Positions 39,578 through 60,105 of a DNA stretch of 64,000 bases are shown one piece after another. How positions within the stretch are numbered: the stretch's first letter is position 1; the number at the start of each line of letters is the position of its first letter. The DNA is taken from positions 1,568,001-1,632,000 of the forward strand of contig JASGHJ010000002.1 in the NCBI GenBank assembly GCA_047602405.1. Direction: 5' to 3'. The position numbers and the translations under genes are program-made. This DNA comes from Anaeromyxobacteraceae bacterium. GTDB lineage: Bacteria > Myxococcota > Myxococcia > Myxococcales > Anaeromyxobacteraceae. The notes under the pieces are model-generated. The model made no database searches. It was not told the origin of the DNA and saw only the letters and a list, made by a program, of their open reading frames with translations.

Positions 39578-40513
39578 TTGCACCTCACCATCCTCAGCCG
39601 CTCCGAAGGGATCTACACGACGCGGCGCCTCGTCGAGGCCGCGCGGGCGCGCGGCTGGAAGGCGCGGGTGGTGGACCCGCTCGACGTCGAGCTCGGCCTC
39701 GGGGAGGACGTCCCGGCGCTGCACTGGCGCCGGAAGGCCTTCCCGAGGACCGACGTGGTCATCCCGCGCATCGGGCTCTCGGTGCACCAGTACGGCCTGT
39801 CGGTGGTGGCCCAGCTCGAGCTCCTCGGCGTGCCGGTGCTGAACGGCGGCCGCGCCATCTCGGCGAGCCGCAACAAGGTCCGGGCGCTCCAGCTCCTCGC
39901 GGCGGAGGGGGTGCGGGTCCCGCGCACCGTGATGGCGAGCGCCCCGGCGGGCCTCAGGGAGATGGCCCGCCTCGTGGGCGGCGTGCCGGTGCTCGTGAAG
40001 CTCATCTCGGCGAACGAGAAGAGCGGCGTGATGGTCTGCGAGACCTGGGAGTCGCTCGAGGCGGCGCTCGAGGCGGTGCTCGGGCTCGGGCAGAACATCG
40101 TCGTCCAGCAGTACGTGCGCGGCGCGCGGGGGCGCGACCTCAGGGTCCTCGTGGTGGGCGGCGCGGTCGTCGCCGCCATGCGGCGCCGGCCCGCGGTCGG
40201 GAAGCTCGAGACGAGCCTGCGCCGCGGGGCGCGCTTCGAGGCCGCGGAGCTGCCCGGGGCGCACCGGGCGGCCGCCCTCCAGGCGGCCGCGGTGCTGGGG
40301 CTCGAGGTGTGCGCCGTCGACCTCCTCGACGTGAAGGGGCGTCCGCTCGTCTTCGAGGTGAACGCGTCGCCGAGCATCCGCGAGGCCGAGACGGCCAGCG
40401 GCGTCGACGCGGCCGGGGCCATCGTCGAGCGGGCCGCGGCGCTCGCCCGCGCCGCCGCGCCGAGGGCGGCGCCCCGGGGCCGCCGCCCTCGGCGGCTCGC
40501 CCGGGGGGCTTGA
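39578..40513 (+). CDS. rimK: RimK family ATP-grasp alpha-L-glutamate ligase
   Basis: ILSR...YTTRRL, D.VIPRIG, RDLRV.VVGG, VD.L, EVNASP. Confidence 0.85.
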   Translation: MHLTILSRSEGIYTTRRLVEAARARGWKARVVDPLDVELGLGEDVPALHWRRKAFPRTDVVIPRIGLSVHQYGLSVVAQLELLGVPVLNGGRAISASRNKVRALQLLAAEGVRVPRTVMASAPAGLREMARLVGGVPVLVKLISANEKSGVMVCETWESLEAALEAVLGLGQNIVVQQYVRGARGRDLRVLVVGGAVVAAMRRRPAVGKLETSLRRGARFEAAELPGAHRAAALQAAAVLGLEVCAVDLLDVKGRPLVFEVNASPSIREAETASGVDAAGAIVERAAALARAAAPRAAPRGRRPRRLARGA

Positions 40514-40567
40514 AGCAACGGCCGCCCCCGGCCGTCCGTGGTAAGAGGTCCGCCCGGAGGCATCCCC

Positions 40568-41056
40568 TTGCGCAACGTCCTCGTCCTGCTCGCGCTCCTC
40601 GCCGCTCCCGTCGCCGGCGCCTCGACGCCCGGCGAGGAGGCCGCGCGGAGCTACCGCCTCGACACCACCGGCTCGACCGCCTCGCTCGCGCGCGGCGCGG
40701 CCGGGAAGCTCGTGCTCGCCATCGTCCCGGGGCCGGGCATCCACGTGCACCCGCAGGCGCCGCTCAAGATCGCGCTCGAGGGGAAGGGGCTCACCTTCGC
40801 GAAGGCGACGCTCGGGCACGCCGACGCGGTGGATCCGAAGGCGGAGGGGCCGCGGTTCGAGGTGCCGTTCACCGCCACCGAGGCGGGCGCCGGCGAGGCG
40901 CGCGCGCGGGCGGAGTTCTTCGTCTGCTCGGATCGCTGGTGCGTGAAGCAGGTGAAGGACGTCGTCGTCCAGGTCGACGTTGCTGCCGGGGTGGGGCCCC
41001 GACGGGCTTTGCCCGGCGGGGCGGGGGGCGCCGAGCCCTCCGGAGAGACTCGGTGA
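40568..41056 (+). CDS. exported DsbD-N-like (Ig-fold, CxxxxC) protein; C-terminal tail encoded by a repeat
   Basis: Signal peptide; [14 protein letters not shown]; tail [18 protein letters not shown]. Confidence 0.6.
   Translation: MRNVLVLLALLAAPVAGASTPGEEAARSYRLDTTGSTASLARGAAGKLVLAIVPGPGIHVHPQAPLKIALEGKGLTFAKATLGHADAVDPKAEGPRFEVPFTATEAGAGEARARAEFFVCSDRWCVKQVKDVVVQVDVAAGVGPRRALPGGAGGAEPSGETR
40985..41044 (+). repeat. REP-like element family A, inside the CDS 3' end
   Basis: GCCGGGGTGGGGCCCCGACG-GGCTTTGCC-CGGCGGGGCGGGGGGCGCCGAGCCCTCCGGA. Confidence 0.75.
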
Positions 41057-41799
41057 GGATCCTGTACGGCATGAACCCGGTGCGCGAGCTGCTGCGCGCC
41101 GGCGGGGAGGGGCTCTCGGAGCTGTGGCTCGCGGAGGGCGGCACGCGCGGGCAGGCGTTCGCCGAGCTCGAGCGCCTCGGCAAGCAGGCGGGCGCGAAGG
41201 TGCGCGCCGCGCCGCGCGAGAAGCTCGATCGGCTCGCCGGCACCGACCGGCACCAGGGCATCGTCGCGGTGGTGGCGGACTTCCGCTACGCCGAGCTCGA
41301 GGAGCTGCTCGAGCCGGAGCAGGGGCGGCCGGCGCTCCTCGTCGTGCTCGACGGGGTCGAGGACCCGCACAACCTCGGGGCGATCGTGCGGTCCGCGCTC
41401 GCGCTCGGCGCGACGGGCGTCGTCATCCCGCGCGACCGGGCGGTGGGCGTGACGCCCGCGGTCGCGAAGGCCTCGGCGGGCGCCGTGGAGCGGGTGCGCA
41501 TCGCGCGCGTCGTGAACGTCGCGAAGACCCTCGAGCGCATGAAGGAGCAGGGCGTCTGGTCGGTCGCGCTCGCGGCGGACGGCGACCGCGAGCTCGGCGG
41601 GGTGGACCTCCGGGGGCCGATGGCGCTCGTGCTCGGCAGCGAGGCCGAGGGCATCCGGCCGCTCGTCCGCCGGACGTGCGACATGGGCGCTCGCATCCCC
41701 ATGTCGGGCGGCATCGACTCGCTCTCGGTCTCGGCGGCGGCGGCCGTGGCGCTCTATGAGGCGGCGCGTCAGCGCGCCGGGAAGCCCCGCTCGCCGTGA
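41053..41799 (+). CDS. rlmB: 23S rRNA (Gm2251) 2'-O-methyltransferase
   Basis: [40 protein letters not shown]. Confidence 0.93.
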   Translation: MRILYGMNPVRELLRAGGEGLSELWLAEGGTRGQAFAELERLGKQAGAKVRAAPREKLDRLAGTDRHQGIVAVVADFRYAELEELLEPEQGRPALLVVLDGVEDPHNLGAIVRSALALGATGVVIPRDRAVGVTPAVAKASAGAVERVRIARVVNVAKTLERMKEQGVWSVALAADGDRELGGVDLRGPMALVLGSEAEGIRPLVRRTCDMGARIPMSGGIDSLSVSAAAAVALYEAARQRAGKPRSP

Positions 41800-41857
41800 G
41801 CGCGGCGGCGCGAACCGCGCCGAAGTCGAGCGAAGAATCACACGGCGATCTGCGCAC

Positions 41858-41887
41858 TTGACAAGCCCGGGCCCCATCCCTTACAAG
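41858..41887 (+). promoter_or_regulatory. promoter of the tRNA-tuf operon
   Basis: TTGACA followed 17-18 nt later by TTACAAG. Confidence 0.5.
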
Positions 41888-41957
41888 GCTCCGCTCCACG
41901 CGACCCCGACAGCGGGGGTTTACGTGGGGGCCGGTTCGGGTTTTCCACCGTGATTTC

Positions 41958-42033
41958 GCTGGCGTAGCTCAGTCGGTAGAGCAGCTGCCTTGTAAGCAGC
42001 AGGCCGCGGGTTCGAATCCCACCGCCAGCTCCA
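41958..42033 (+). tRNA. tRNA-Thr(TGT)
   Basis: Cloverleaf, loop CT-TGT-AA, GGTTCGAATCC, CCA end. Confidence 0.96.
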
Positions 42034-42141
42034 CCTCGGAGTGGGATCAGCAGGCGCGGCAACGTGCGGTGAAGTGCAGCGGGAGCAGTCGCGAAGGGAC
42101 GGGCATCGAAGCACCAGCAGGTCGACAGGCAGTCGAGATAC

Positions 42142-42227
42142 GGAGGGGTTCCCGAGCGGCCAAAGGGAGCAGACTGTAAATCTGCCGGCTTACGCCTTCG
42201 GTGGTTCGAATCCACCCCCCTCCACCA
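42142..42227 (+). tRNA. tRNA-Tyr(GTA)
   Basis: Loop CT-GTA-AA, long variable arm, CCA end. Confidence 0.96.
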
Positions 42228-42289
42228 AGCATCGGCGGCACGGTCGGATCGGAACACGGACATCACAGGGGCAGCGGGAGAGAAGTTTC

Positions 42290-42365
42290 GCGGGAATAGC
42301 TCAGCTGGTAGAGCGTCAGCCTTCCAAGCTGAATGTCGCGGGTTCGAATCCCGTTTCCCGCTCCA
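42290..42365 (+). tRNA. tRNA-Gly(TCC)
   Basis: Loop CT-TCC-AA, CCA end. Confidence 0.96.
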
Positions 42366-42424
42366 GTGAGAGGTCGAAGAGGCAACGGCGGTACGCAGAC
42401 CGCAGCATCGCAAACAAGGAATAA

Positions 42425-42500
<76 letters not shown>

Positions 42501-42559
42501 AGTAAACGGCGGCAGGGACGCAGCCCGCCCGGTGGCACCCAACTGCAGGAGACGACGCC

Positions 42560-43750
<1,191 letters not shown>

Positions 43751-43762
43751 GGGAGTAGGTCC

Positions 43763-43921
43763 ATGGCCGGGAATCGCACGATCATCACGCTCGAGTGCAA
43801 GACCTGCAAAGAGCGGAACTACACGACGACGAAGAACAAGAAGAAGACGCAGGACAAGCTCACCCTCTCCAAGTACTGCCCGCGCTGCCGCAAGCACGTG
43901 GAGCACAAGGAGACGAAGTAG
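43763..43921 (+). CDS. rpmG: 50S ribosomal protein L33 (Zn-binding form)
   Basis: [52 protein letters not shown]; not in the ORF track (52 aa). Confidence 0.95.
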   Translation: MAGNRTIITLECKTCKERNYTTTKNKKKTQDKLTLSKYCPRCRKHVEHKETK

Positions 43922-43954
43922 GGCCACTCCGCTCGGGGCAGGGGCAGGGCCCGA

Positions 43955-44009
43955 GCCGGGTGGGGCCCCGACGAGCTCGCTCGGCGGGGCGGGGGCCGAG
44001 CCCCCGGGA
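43955..44009 (+). repeat. REP-like element family A, intergenic
   Basis: GCCGGGTGGGGCCCCGACG-AGCTCGCT-CGGCGGGGCGGGGGCCGAGCCCCCGGGA. Confidence 0.75.
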
Positions 44010-44013
44010 ATAC

Positions 44014-44090
44014 AGGCCAGTAGCTCGAACGGCTAGAGCAGCGGTCTCCAAAACCGCGGGTTGGGGGTTCGAATCCCTCCTGGCCTGCCA
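44014..44090 (+). tRNA. tRNA-Trp(CCA)
   Basis: Loop CT-CCA-AA, CCA end, canonical rpmG-trpT-secE position. Confidence 0.95.
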
Positions 44091-44155
44091 ACATGAACGG
44101 GCGGGGCCGTGACGAGCGGCCCCGCCCAACCGAAGAAGCGAGAGCAGCGGGAGCC

Positions 44156-44551
44156 ATGGAAAACGTCGCCGCCCAGAACGAGCAGCCCAGGCGCTACGTC
44201 GTCATCTTCTACGCGCTGTCCGCGATCGTGCTCGGGTTCTTCTTCGAGCGCGTCCTCTCGAAGGTGTTCGCAGGGCTCCGCGTCAACGACGCGCCGGTGT
44301 TCGCCGGCTACGCGGTCTCGACGCTGGTGGGCTTCGGCGTCGCCGTCGCGGCGGCCGTGGTGTGCTGGAGGGTCGAGCGGGTCCGGACCCTGGCGCTCCA
44401 GGTCGCGGAGGAGCTGCGCCGGGTCACCTGGCCGAGCTTCCGCGAGACGCGCGCCGCGACCCTCGCGGTGATCGTCGCCTCGGCGATCGCGGCGGTGGTC
44501 CTCGGCATCTTCGACTTCGTCTGGAGCTGGCTCAGCGCGCAGATCTACTGA
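44156..44551 (+). CDS. secE: preprotein translocase subunit SecE
   Basis: ELRRVTWPS motif, three TM helices, synteny. Confidence 0.93.
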   Translation: MENVAAQNEQPRRYVVIFYALSAIVLGFFFERVLSKVFAGLRVNDAPVFAGYAVSTLVGFGVAVAAAVVCWRVERVRTLALQVAEELRRVTWPSFRETRAATLAVIVASAIAAVVLGIFDFVWSWLSAQIY

Positions 44552-44666
44552 GCACGGGGCAGGGCGGGCGGGGCACTCCTGGGAGCCCCGGCGGTCAAGA
44601 ACCGCCGGCTGGCTCCTTCGGCGTCGAATGGGAAGCGGAATCGGGCGGGACTCGGGAGACGTGCAA

Positions 44667-45207
44667 ATGGCGAAGAAGTGGTACGCCGTCCATACCTACT
44701 CGGGCTTCGAGAACAAGGTGCGGAAGTCGCTCGAGGAGCGCATCCGCCAGCACGCCCTCGAGGAGCGCTTCGGCGAGAATCCTCGTCCCGATGGAGGTCG
44801 TGCAGGAGATGATCAAGGGGGAGAAGAAGACCTCCAAGCGGAAGATCTTCCCCGGCTACGTCCTCGTGAACATGGAGATGGACGTCGAGACCTGGCACCT
44901 CGTGAAGGGCACGGCCAAGGTCACCGGGTTCGTCGGCAACGCGAAGACGCCGAACGAGGTCCCCGTCGTCTCCGATGGCGAGGTCGCCCGCCTCACCTCC
45001 CAGATCTCCGAGGGCAGCCTCAAGCCGAAGCCGAAGGTCCAGTACGAGGAGGGCGATTCGGTCCGCGTGATCGACGGCCCGTTCTCGAACTTCAACGGCA
45101 CGGTCGAGGAGGTCAAGCCGGACAAGCAGAAGGTCCGGGTCCTCGTCTCCATCTTCGGCCGCGCGACGCCGGTCGAGCTCGATTTCATGCAGGTCGAAAA
45201 GACGTAG
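44667..45207 (+). CDS. nusG: transcription termination/antitermination factor NusG (frameshift ~44778)
   Basis: [45 protein letters not shown]. Confidence 0.95.
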
Positions 45208-45293
45208 CAGTCCGCAGTTAACGAAGCGTGGAAGGGCCGTCAGGCCCGCAACGACCACGCAGGGCCACCGCGAGGTGGTCCGGAAGGGAAGCC

Positions 45294-45740
45294 ATGAAGA
45301 AGGTCACAGGGCAAATCAAGCTCCAGCTGCCCGCCGGCAAGGCGAACCCGGCGCCCCCCGTGGGCCCGGCGCTCGGCCAGCACGGCGTGAACATCATGGA
45401 GTTCTGCAAGCAGTTCAACGCGGCGACGCAGGCGCAGGCGAAGGACGCGCTCATCATCCCGGTCATCATCACGGTGTACCAGGACCGGTCCTTCACCTTC
45501 ATCCTGAAGACCCCGCCCGCAGCGATCCTCCTCAAGAAGGCCGCCGGCCTCCACACCGAGAAGAAGAAGGGCTCCGGGGCGCACAAGCCCGGCAAGGAGA
45601 CGGTGGCGACGGTGAAGCGCAAGCAGGTCGAGCAGATCGCCAAGCTCAAGATGCCGGACATGACGGCGGGCAGCCTCGAGGCCGCGATGCGGACCATCGA
45701 GGGCACCGCCCGGTCCATGGGCATCACGGTCGCCGACTAG
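45294..45740 (+). CDS. rplK: 50S ribosomal protein L11
   Basis: [25 protein letters not shown]. Confidence 0.98.
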   Translation: MKKVTGQIKLQLPAGKANPAPPVGPALGQHGVNIMEFCKQFNAATQAQAKDALIIPVIITVYQDRSFTFILKTPPAAILLKKAAGLHTEKKKGSGAHKPGKETVATVKRKQVEQIAKLKMPDMTAGSLEAAMRTIEGTARSMGITVAD

Positions 45741-45758
45741 CGCGAGGAGGACACGAAC

Positions 45759-46460
<702 letters not shown>

Positions 46461-46512
46461 CGCGAAGACTCTGTGCAGGACCGGCGGCCAATCTCGGCCG
46501 CCGGGTTTCTGG

Positions 46513-46650
46513 TCCAAGACAGCGGGCCTGCCTTGGCCGCCCCGAGTGCGGAAGTGCGTAGGGGCGGAGGAGGCGGCGAAGCGGAGTCCGAAAGGCTCCG
46601 ACCCGCCGAGACGGGAACGCGGTTCACTGTAGCAGCGTCCCCTGCTTGGC
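46513..46650 (+). promoter_or_regulatory. L10 (rplJ) leader RNA
   Basis: CCAAGACAGCGGG...CCCGCCGAGACGG kink-turn-like L10 leader signature between rplA and rplJ; boundaries approximate. Confidence 0.65.
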
Positions 46651-46751
46651 CAGGGGGCCTCGAGTACCGGCCGTCCGGCCGAATCGAAGCCCGCATCGCA
46701 ACGCAGCCGAGCCCGCATCGAGCGGCCGGCAGGAAAGGTGGTGAGTTCGAT

Positions 46752-47276
46752 TTGAACCGGACGGAGAAGGAAGAGGTCATCGGAGAGCTGCACGGCCTGA
46801 TGGCGAAGGCGAAGGCCGCCATCGTCGCCGAGCCCAGGGGTCTCGACGTCGCGACGGTCACCGAGCTGCGCAGGAAGCTGCGCGACGCGAAGATCGACTA
46901 TCGCATCGTCAAGAACACGCTCGCCGCACGCGCCGCCAAGGGCACGTCGGTGGAGAAGGTGTCGGACAAGTTCGTGGGTCCCACCGCGATCGTCATGTCC
47001 TATGACGACGTGGTCGCCCCGGCGAAGCTGCTCGCGGAGTTCATGAAGGACCGCGAGAACTTCGCGATCCGCACCGCGGTCGTCGAGGGCAACGTCATCG
47101 ACGCGAAGGGCGTTCAGGCCCTCGCGAAGCTGCCGGGCATCCAGGAGCTGCGCGCGCAGATCCTGTCGGCCCTCAACGGCCCCGCGACGAAGCTCGTTCG
47201 CATGATCGGCACCCCGGGCAGCCAGCTGGCGCGCGTCCTCGGCGCACGCCGCGAGCAGCTCGAGAAGCAGGGTTAA
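46752..47276 (+). CDS. rplJ: 50S ribosomal protein L10 (TTG start)
   Basis: NR.EK...I, LR..LR, VKNTL, GPT, LAKLP. Confidence 0.95.
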   Translation: MNRTEKEEVIGELHGLMAKAKAAIVAEPRGLDVATVTELRRKLRDAKIDYRIVKNTLAARAAKGTSVEKVSDKFVGPTAIVMSYDDVVAPAKLLAEFMKDRENFAIRTAVVEGNVIDAKGVQALAKLPGIQELRAQILSALNGPATKLVRMIGTPGSQLARVLGARREQLEKQG

Positions 47277-47358
47277 TAACGGTACGTGAACCGCCACCCG
47301 GAGCGATCCGGGGGCACAACGGATTCAGCACAGCGAACAGAAAGAAGGACACGCAGTC

Positions 47359-47736
47359 ATGGCCGATCTCAACGCAATCATCGATCAGCTGTCCGGTCTC
47401 ACCGTCATGGAGGCCGCCGACCTGGTCAAGAAGCTCGAGGAGAAGTGGGGCGTCTCCGCTGCCGCCGCGCCGGTGATGATGGCCGGTGGTGGTGGCGCCG
47501 CCGCGGCGGCCCCGGCCGAGGAGAAGACCGAGTTCACGGTCGTCCTCGCCGACGCCGGCGCGAACAAGATCAACGTGATCAAGGAGGTCCGCGCGATCAC
47601 GGGCCTCGGCCTCAAGGAGGCCAAGGATCTCGTCGAGGGTGCCCCCAAGGAGGTCAAGGCGGGTATCCCGAAGGCGGAGGCCGACGAGCTCAAGAAGAAG
47701 CTCGAGGCCGCTGGCGCGAAGGTCGAGGTCAAGTAG
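47359..47736 (+). CDS. rplL: 50S ribosomal protein L7/L12
   Basis: [27 protein letters not shown]. Confidence 0.98.
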   Translation: MADLNAIIDQLSGLTVMEAADLVKKLEEKWGVSAAAAPVMMAGGGGAAAAAPAEEKTEFTVVLADAGANKINVIKEVRAITGLGLKEAKDLVEGAPKEVKAGIPKAEADELKKKLEAAGAKVEVK

Positions 47737-47961
47737 TTCGAGGCACCGGGTGGGGCACGGGGGACCTGGCTTGCAGGCAGGCCCTCCGTGCCACACCGTT
47801 GGATTCTTTGACGGGCGAGGCCGCAGCCGTTACTAACCCGTATCCCTTCCAGCATTCCGTGCACCCCCCGGCCGTGAGGCCGTAAGTCGCGAGCAGCCCG
47901 CCGGCCGGCGGGCTCGAGCCGTTTGTACGGAAGCGGAAGAGGGCGCGAGGGCACCACCGCG

Positions 47962-52210
<4,249 letters not shown>

Positions 52211-52253
52211 TCAGCGTCCTCGGCAAACGATTCGAGAAGAAAGAGGGAATGAC

Positions 52254-56442
<4,189 letters not shown>

Positions 56443-56766
56443 CACCGACGGCGGCGCAGCCGCCGGAGGTCGTCTTCCCCAGGGGCTCGGCGCTCAGGCG
56501 CCGGGCCCCTTCGCTTTCCCCGGGACGCGCGCGCGCCGATCCCGGGCCGTAGCCGGGACTCCCCGTCGAGTCCCTCTTGGGTCTCGACCATTCTTGATTC
56601 AGAGCAAATACGACCGCTTGCCCGGCCGCCCGCGAGGGTCCGTGCAGAAGGGGAATGCCTTTTCCTGGATCGTGGTCATATTGGCACACATTCCCGCTGC
56701 TCCGCCGTCTGCGACCCAGAATCAACTGGCCGTAACCCCCCGCAACCTTGGGAATGTCCGCCTAGC

Positions 56767-56796
56767 TTGACTTGATGAGTCCACATTAGCTAAAGT
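56767..56796 (+). promoter_or_regulatory. possible sigma70 promoter of the sigma factor gene
   Basis: TTGACT-18 nt-TAAAGT in an AT-richer intergenic region. Confidence 0.4.
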
Positions 56797-56859
56797 CACC
56801 TTACGTCACCTGCCCGCGGCAATCCGACGCAGCATCATCCCCGGGGAGAGGCACTGTCG

Positions 56860-57582
56860 ATGAGGACTGGCACCCAGCGCAGCAGCAAGGAGTTCGAGGA
56901 GCTCGCCCCGTACCTGAAGGCGGTCCGGGACTACCCGCCGCTCTCCCGCGAGGAGGAGCACGCGCTCGCCGTGAAGGCGCGCAAGGGCGAGGTCCGGGCG
57001 AAGCAGAAGCTCGTCCGCCACAACCTCGCCTTCGTGGTCGCGATCTCGCGCAAGCAGCGCCGCGGCACCGTGCGGCTCGACGACCTCATCCAGGAGGGCA
57101 ACGTCGGCCTCATGCGCGCGGTCGAGAAGTTCGACCCGGACGCGGGCACCCGCTTCTCCACCTACGCGGTGTGGTGGATCCGCGCCTACGTCGGGAAGTA
57201 CCTCAAGGAGGCCCGCTCCACGGTCCGCCCGCAGTCGGGCACCGTCGCGCAGCCCGACCTGTCGCTCGACGCCTCGATCGACGAGGAGGGCGACGCGACG
57301 CACCTCGAGCGCATCGAGGACGACGGCCCCGGCCCGGAGGACACCTACCTCTCGAGCGAGGGCGACCGCGAGGTCCGCGACGCGCTCGGCAAGGTCCGCA
57401 AGCGCATCGGCGAGCTCGGCTGGGACATCGTCCACAACCGGCTCGAGCAGGACCAGCCGCGGACGCTGGAGGAGATCGGCAAGCGCTGGGGCGTCTCGCG
57501 CGAGCGCGTCCGCCAGGTCGAGCTCAAGACGAAGCAGTTCCTCGAGCGCTACCTCGAGGGCGTCGACCGCGACGCAGCCTGA
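56860..57582 (+). CDS. alternative sigma70-family factor (regions 1.2, 2, short 3, 4)
   Basis: YL..V...P.LS.EEE, NL.FVV, DLIQEGN.GL..AV.KFDP..G.RFSTYA.WWIR, TLEEIG..GVSRERVRQ. Confidence 0.93.
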   Translation: MRTGTQRSSKEFEELAPYLKAVRDYPPLSREEEHALAVKARKGEVRAKQKLVRHNLAFVVAISRKQRRGTVRLDDLIQEGNVGLMRAVEKFDPDAGTRFSTYAVWWIRAYVGKYLKEARSTVRPQSGTVAQPDLSLDASIDEEGDATHLERIEDDGPGPEDTYLSSEGDREVRDALGKVRKRIGELGWDIVHNRLEQDQPRTLEEIGKRWGVSRERVRQVELKTKQFLERYLEGVDRDAA

Positions 57583-57627
57583 GCCACGCGGCCAGCACGC
57601 GGCGGCTTCGCCGCCGCGTTGCCCGTG

Positions 57628-57670
57628 GAAACGAGCGGCCCGCTCCCGGTGAGCGGGCCGTTTCGTTTCT
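57628..57670 (+). terminator. intrinsic terminator after the sigma factor gene
   Basis: GAAACGAGCGGCCCGCTC-CCGGT-GAGCGGGCCGTTTCGTTTCT. Confidence 0.65.
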
Positions 57671-57794
57671 GCGCCCCGCGTCCCCACCGTCCATCTCGCG
57701 GACCACCGTCCGCGCCGCGTCCCCCCGAACTCGAGCACCTTCGAGTGTTCCCGCGAGGTTCGCCGCAGGCACACCTGCTGCACTCGTCCCGGGG

Positions 57795-58376
57795 ATGCCC
57801 GTCCTCTCGCAGGACCCCCGCTTCACCCGCGTCCTCTCCGCCGGCGCGCACGAGGCCCTCCGGAAGGCCCACGAGACGGTCCGGACGGCCCGCGCCGAGT
57901 CCGCCGCCATCCGCGAGGCCGCCCGCCTGGAGGGCCTCGCCCAGGGCCGCGCGGAGGCCGCTGCCGTGCTCGCGACCGCGTCGATGGCCCGCGACCGCCT
58001 CCTCGCCGGCGCCGGCCCCGAGCTCGTCGCGCTCGCGCTGCTCGTCGCCCGGAAGATCCTGGCGGAGGAGCCGCGCACCCCGCCCGAGCGCGCCGCCGCG
58101 CTCGCCGCGCAGGTCCTCGCCGAGGTCCGCGAGCGGCGGGGCGTGACGGTCCGGGCCCACCCCGGCGACGTCGCCCGCGTCCGGGCGGCCATCCCGGAGG
58201 AGATCCCGGTCGAGCCCGACGCGCAGGTCGAGCCCGGCGGCTGCGCGCTCGAGACCCCGGCCGGGCGCATCGAGGCCGGACTCGACGCCCAGCTCGAGGA
58301 GCTCGCCCGGGCCCTCGGCGCCGCGCCCGGCTACGGCTCCGGCGCGGACCCCGTCGCCGGGGAGGACGCCCCGTGA
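57795..58376 (+). CDS. SctL/FliH family T3SS ATPase stator
   Basis: A...G...G repeats (AARLEGLAQG), VARKIL, VRAHP.D, D..V.PGGC.LET..G.I.A.L..QL. Confidence 0.8.
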   Translation: MPVLSQDPRFTRVLSAGAHEALRKAHETVRTARAESAAIREAARLEGLAQGRAEAAAVLATASMARDRLLAGAGPELVALALLVARKILAEEPRTPPERAAALAAQVLAEVRERRGVTVRAHPGDVARVRAAIPEEIPVEPDAQVEPGGCALETPAGRIEAGLDAQLEELARALGAAPGYGSGADPVAGEDAP

Positions 58377-59698
58377 CGCCCGACGCCGGCGACGCGCTCG
58401 CGGCCGCACGGGCGCGCCTCCATCGGGCGGCGCCGCTCCGCGCGCGCGGGAGGCTCACCCGCGTGGCCGCGCACGCGCTCGAGGCCGAGGCCGCCGGGCT
58501 GCGCCTCGGAGACGCCGTCGAGATCCGCCGCCCCGGGGACGAGCCGCTCCAGGCAGAGGTGGTGGCCCTGCGGGAGGACCGGGCGGTGCTGGTCCCCCTG
58601 GGTGACCCCCGGGGGCTCGCGCCGTCCGCGGAGGTCGTGCCCGTGGGCGGGCGGGCCTGGATCCGGGCGGGCGAGGCGCTCCGGGGCCGCATCCTCGACG
58701 GCCTGGGGCGGCCCATCGACGGGCGGCCCCCGCCGCTCGACCTGCCGCGCTGGGACGTGGATCGTCCGCCCCCTCCGCCGCTCTCGCGGCCTCGCATCCG
58801 GGCGCCGCTGCCGCTGGGGGTGCGGGTGCTCGACGCGCTCCTGACGGCCGGGGTGGGGCAGCGCCTCGGGCTCTTCGCCGCCGCCGGCGTGGGTAAGTCG
58901 ACGCTGCTCGGCCAGCTCGTCCGGCAGGCCCGCGCCGACGTCGCGGTGGTGGGGCTCGTCGGCGAGCGCGGACGGGAGGTGCGCGAGTTCGTGGACGACG
59001 CGCTCGGGCCCGAGGGGCTCGCGCGGAGCGTGCTCGTGGTGGCGACGAGCGACGCGCCGGCCATGGTGCGGGCGCGGGCGGCCCACGTCGCGACCGCGAT
59101 CGCGGAGTGGTTCGCCGACCGGGGTGGCTCGGTGCTGCTCGTGCTCGACTCGCTCACGCGCCACGCGCGGGCGCTCCGGGAGGTCGCCCTCGCCGCCGGT
59201 GAGCCGCCCGCGCGCCACGGGTACCCCGCGAGCGTGTTCGGGGCGCTGCCGCGGCTCCTCGAGCGGGCCGGCCCGCGGCCGCGGGGCGCCATCACCTCCA
59301 TCTCGACCGTGCTCGTCGCCGGCGACGATCCGGACGAGCCCGTCGCCGACGAGGTGCGCGGGCTCCTCGACGGGCACGTGGTGCTCGACCGGGAGCGCGC
59401 CGCCGCCGGGGTCTTCCCCGCCGTGAACGCGCCGGCGAGCGTCTCCCGGCTCATGGCGGCGGTGGCGGCGCCGGAGCACCGGCGGGCCGCGGCGCGGCTC
59501 CGGGCGCTGCTCGCCGCCCACGCGCGCGGGCAGGACCTCCTCGCCGTGGGCGCCTACGCGCCCGGGGGCGATCCCGACCTCGACGCCTACCTCGCGCGGC
59601 GAGAGGCCATCGAGGCCTTCCTCGCGCAGGACACGGCCGAGGCGGCGCCGTTCGGCGAGACCGTGCGGCGGCTCGTGGCCCTCGTGGAGGGCGCGTGA
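58373..59698 (+). CDS. SctN/FliI family T3SS ATPase
   Basis: GQRLGLFAAAGVGKST, GERGREV, DSLTR, GEPP..GYP, LDGH.VL.R. Confidence 0.92.
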   Translation: MTPDAGDALAAARARLHRAAPLRARGRLTRVAAHALEAEAAGLRLGDAVEIRRPGDEPLQAEVVALREDRAVLVPLGDPRGLAPSAEVVPVGGRAWIRAGEALRGRILDGLGRPIDGRPPPLDLPRWDVDRPPPPPLSRPRIRAPLPLGVRVLDALLTAGVGQRLGLFAAAGVGKSTLLGQLVRQARADVAVVGLVGERGREVREFVDDALGPEGLARSVLVVATSDAPAMVRARAAHVATAIAEWFADRGGSVLLVLDSLTRHARALREVALAAGEPPARHGYPASVFGALPRLLERAGPRPRGAITSISTVLVAGDDPDEPVADEVRGLLDGHVVLDRERAAAGVFPAVNAPASVSRLMAAVAAPEHRRAAARLRALLAAHARGQDLLAVGAYAPGGDPDLDAYLARREAIEAFLAQDTAEAAPFGETVRRLVALVEGA

Positions 59699-60105
59699 GG
59701 TACCGGCTCGAGGCGCTCCTCCGGGTGAGCGCGCGGGACGAGCGGCGCCGCGCCGCCGCGCTCGGGGAGGCCCTGCGCGAGGCGCAGGGCGCCGACGGGG
59801 AGGCCGCCGCCCACCGTCTGCGGGCGGCGGCGGCGGCGACGTGCGCCTCCGCCACGGTCCAGGTCTTCGCGCTCCAGCGCGCCGCCCGGTTCGCGGAGGA
59901 GGCGCGGGGCCTCGCCGAGGGGGCCGCGCGAAGGGCCGCGGACGCCCGGGAGGAGGCGGAGCTCCGGCGGGAGGCGCTCGGGGCCGCCGCGCGGGCGCGG
60001 GGCGCGCTCGAGCGCCACCGGGCGCGGTGGGCCGCCGGCGTCCGGCGGGCCGGCGCGCGGCGCGAGGAGGACGCGCGGGACGACCTCCGCGCTATCCGGC
60101 CATGA
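59695..60105 (+). CDS. SctO/FliJ-like coiled-coil stalk protein
   Basis: YRLEALLRV...E.R start, coiled coil, 'LERHR..W...RREE..DD' end; coupled to the ATPase. Confidence 0.65.
   Translation: MRYRLEALLRVSARDERRRAAALGEALREAQGADGEAAAHRLRAAAAATCASATVQVFALQRAARFAEEARGLAEGAARRAADAREEAELRREALGAAARARGALERHRARWAAGVRRAGARREEDARDDLRAIRP

Noticed and set aside
37540..41799. 1419-aa DnaK-RlmB fusion ORF
   Set aside because: Produced by the 38932 frameshift and stop-poor GC-rich off-frames; dnaK, rimK, the DsbD-N-like gene and rlmB are separate genes.
47744..47797. Fifth copy of repeat family A after rplL
   Set aside because: It shares only CCGGGTGGGGC; the rest is a different long hairpin, better explained as an rplL-rpoB attenuator or terminator.
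56443..56859. Absence of rpsL-rpsG-fusA after rpoC, and a possible sigma54 promoter at TGGCAC (~56682)
   Set aside because: Separation of rpoBC from the str operon is common, and the TGGCAC lacks a correctly spaced TTGC -12 element.
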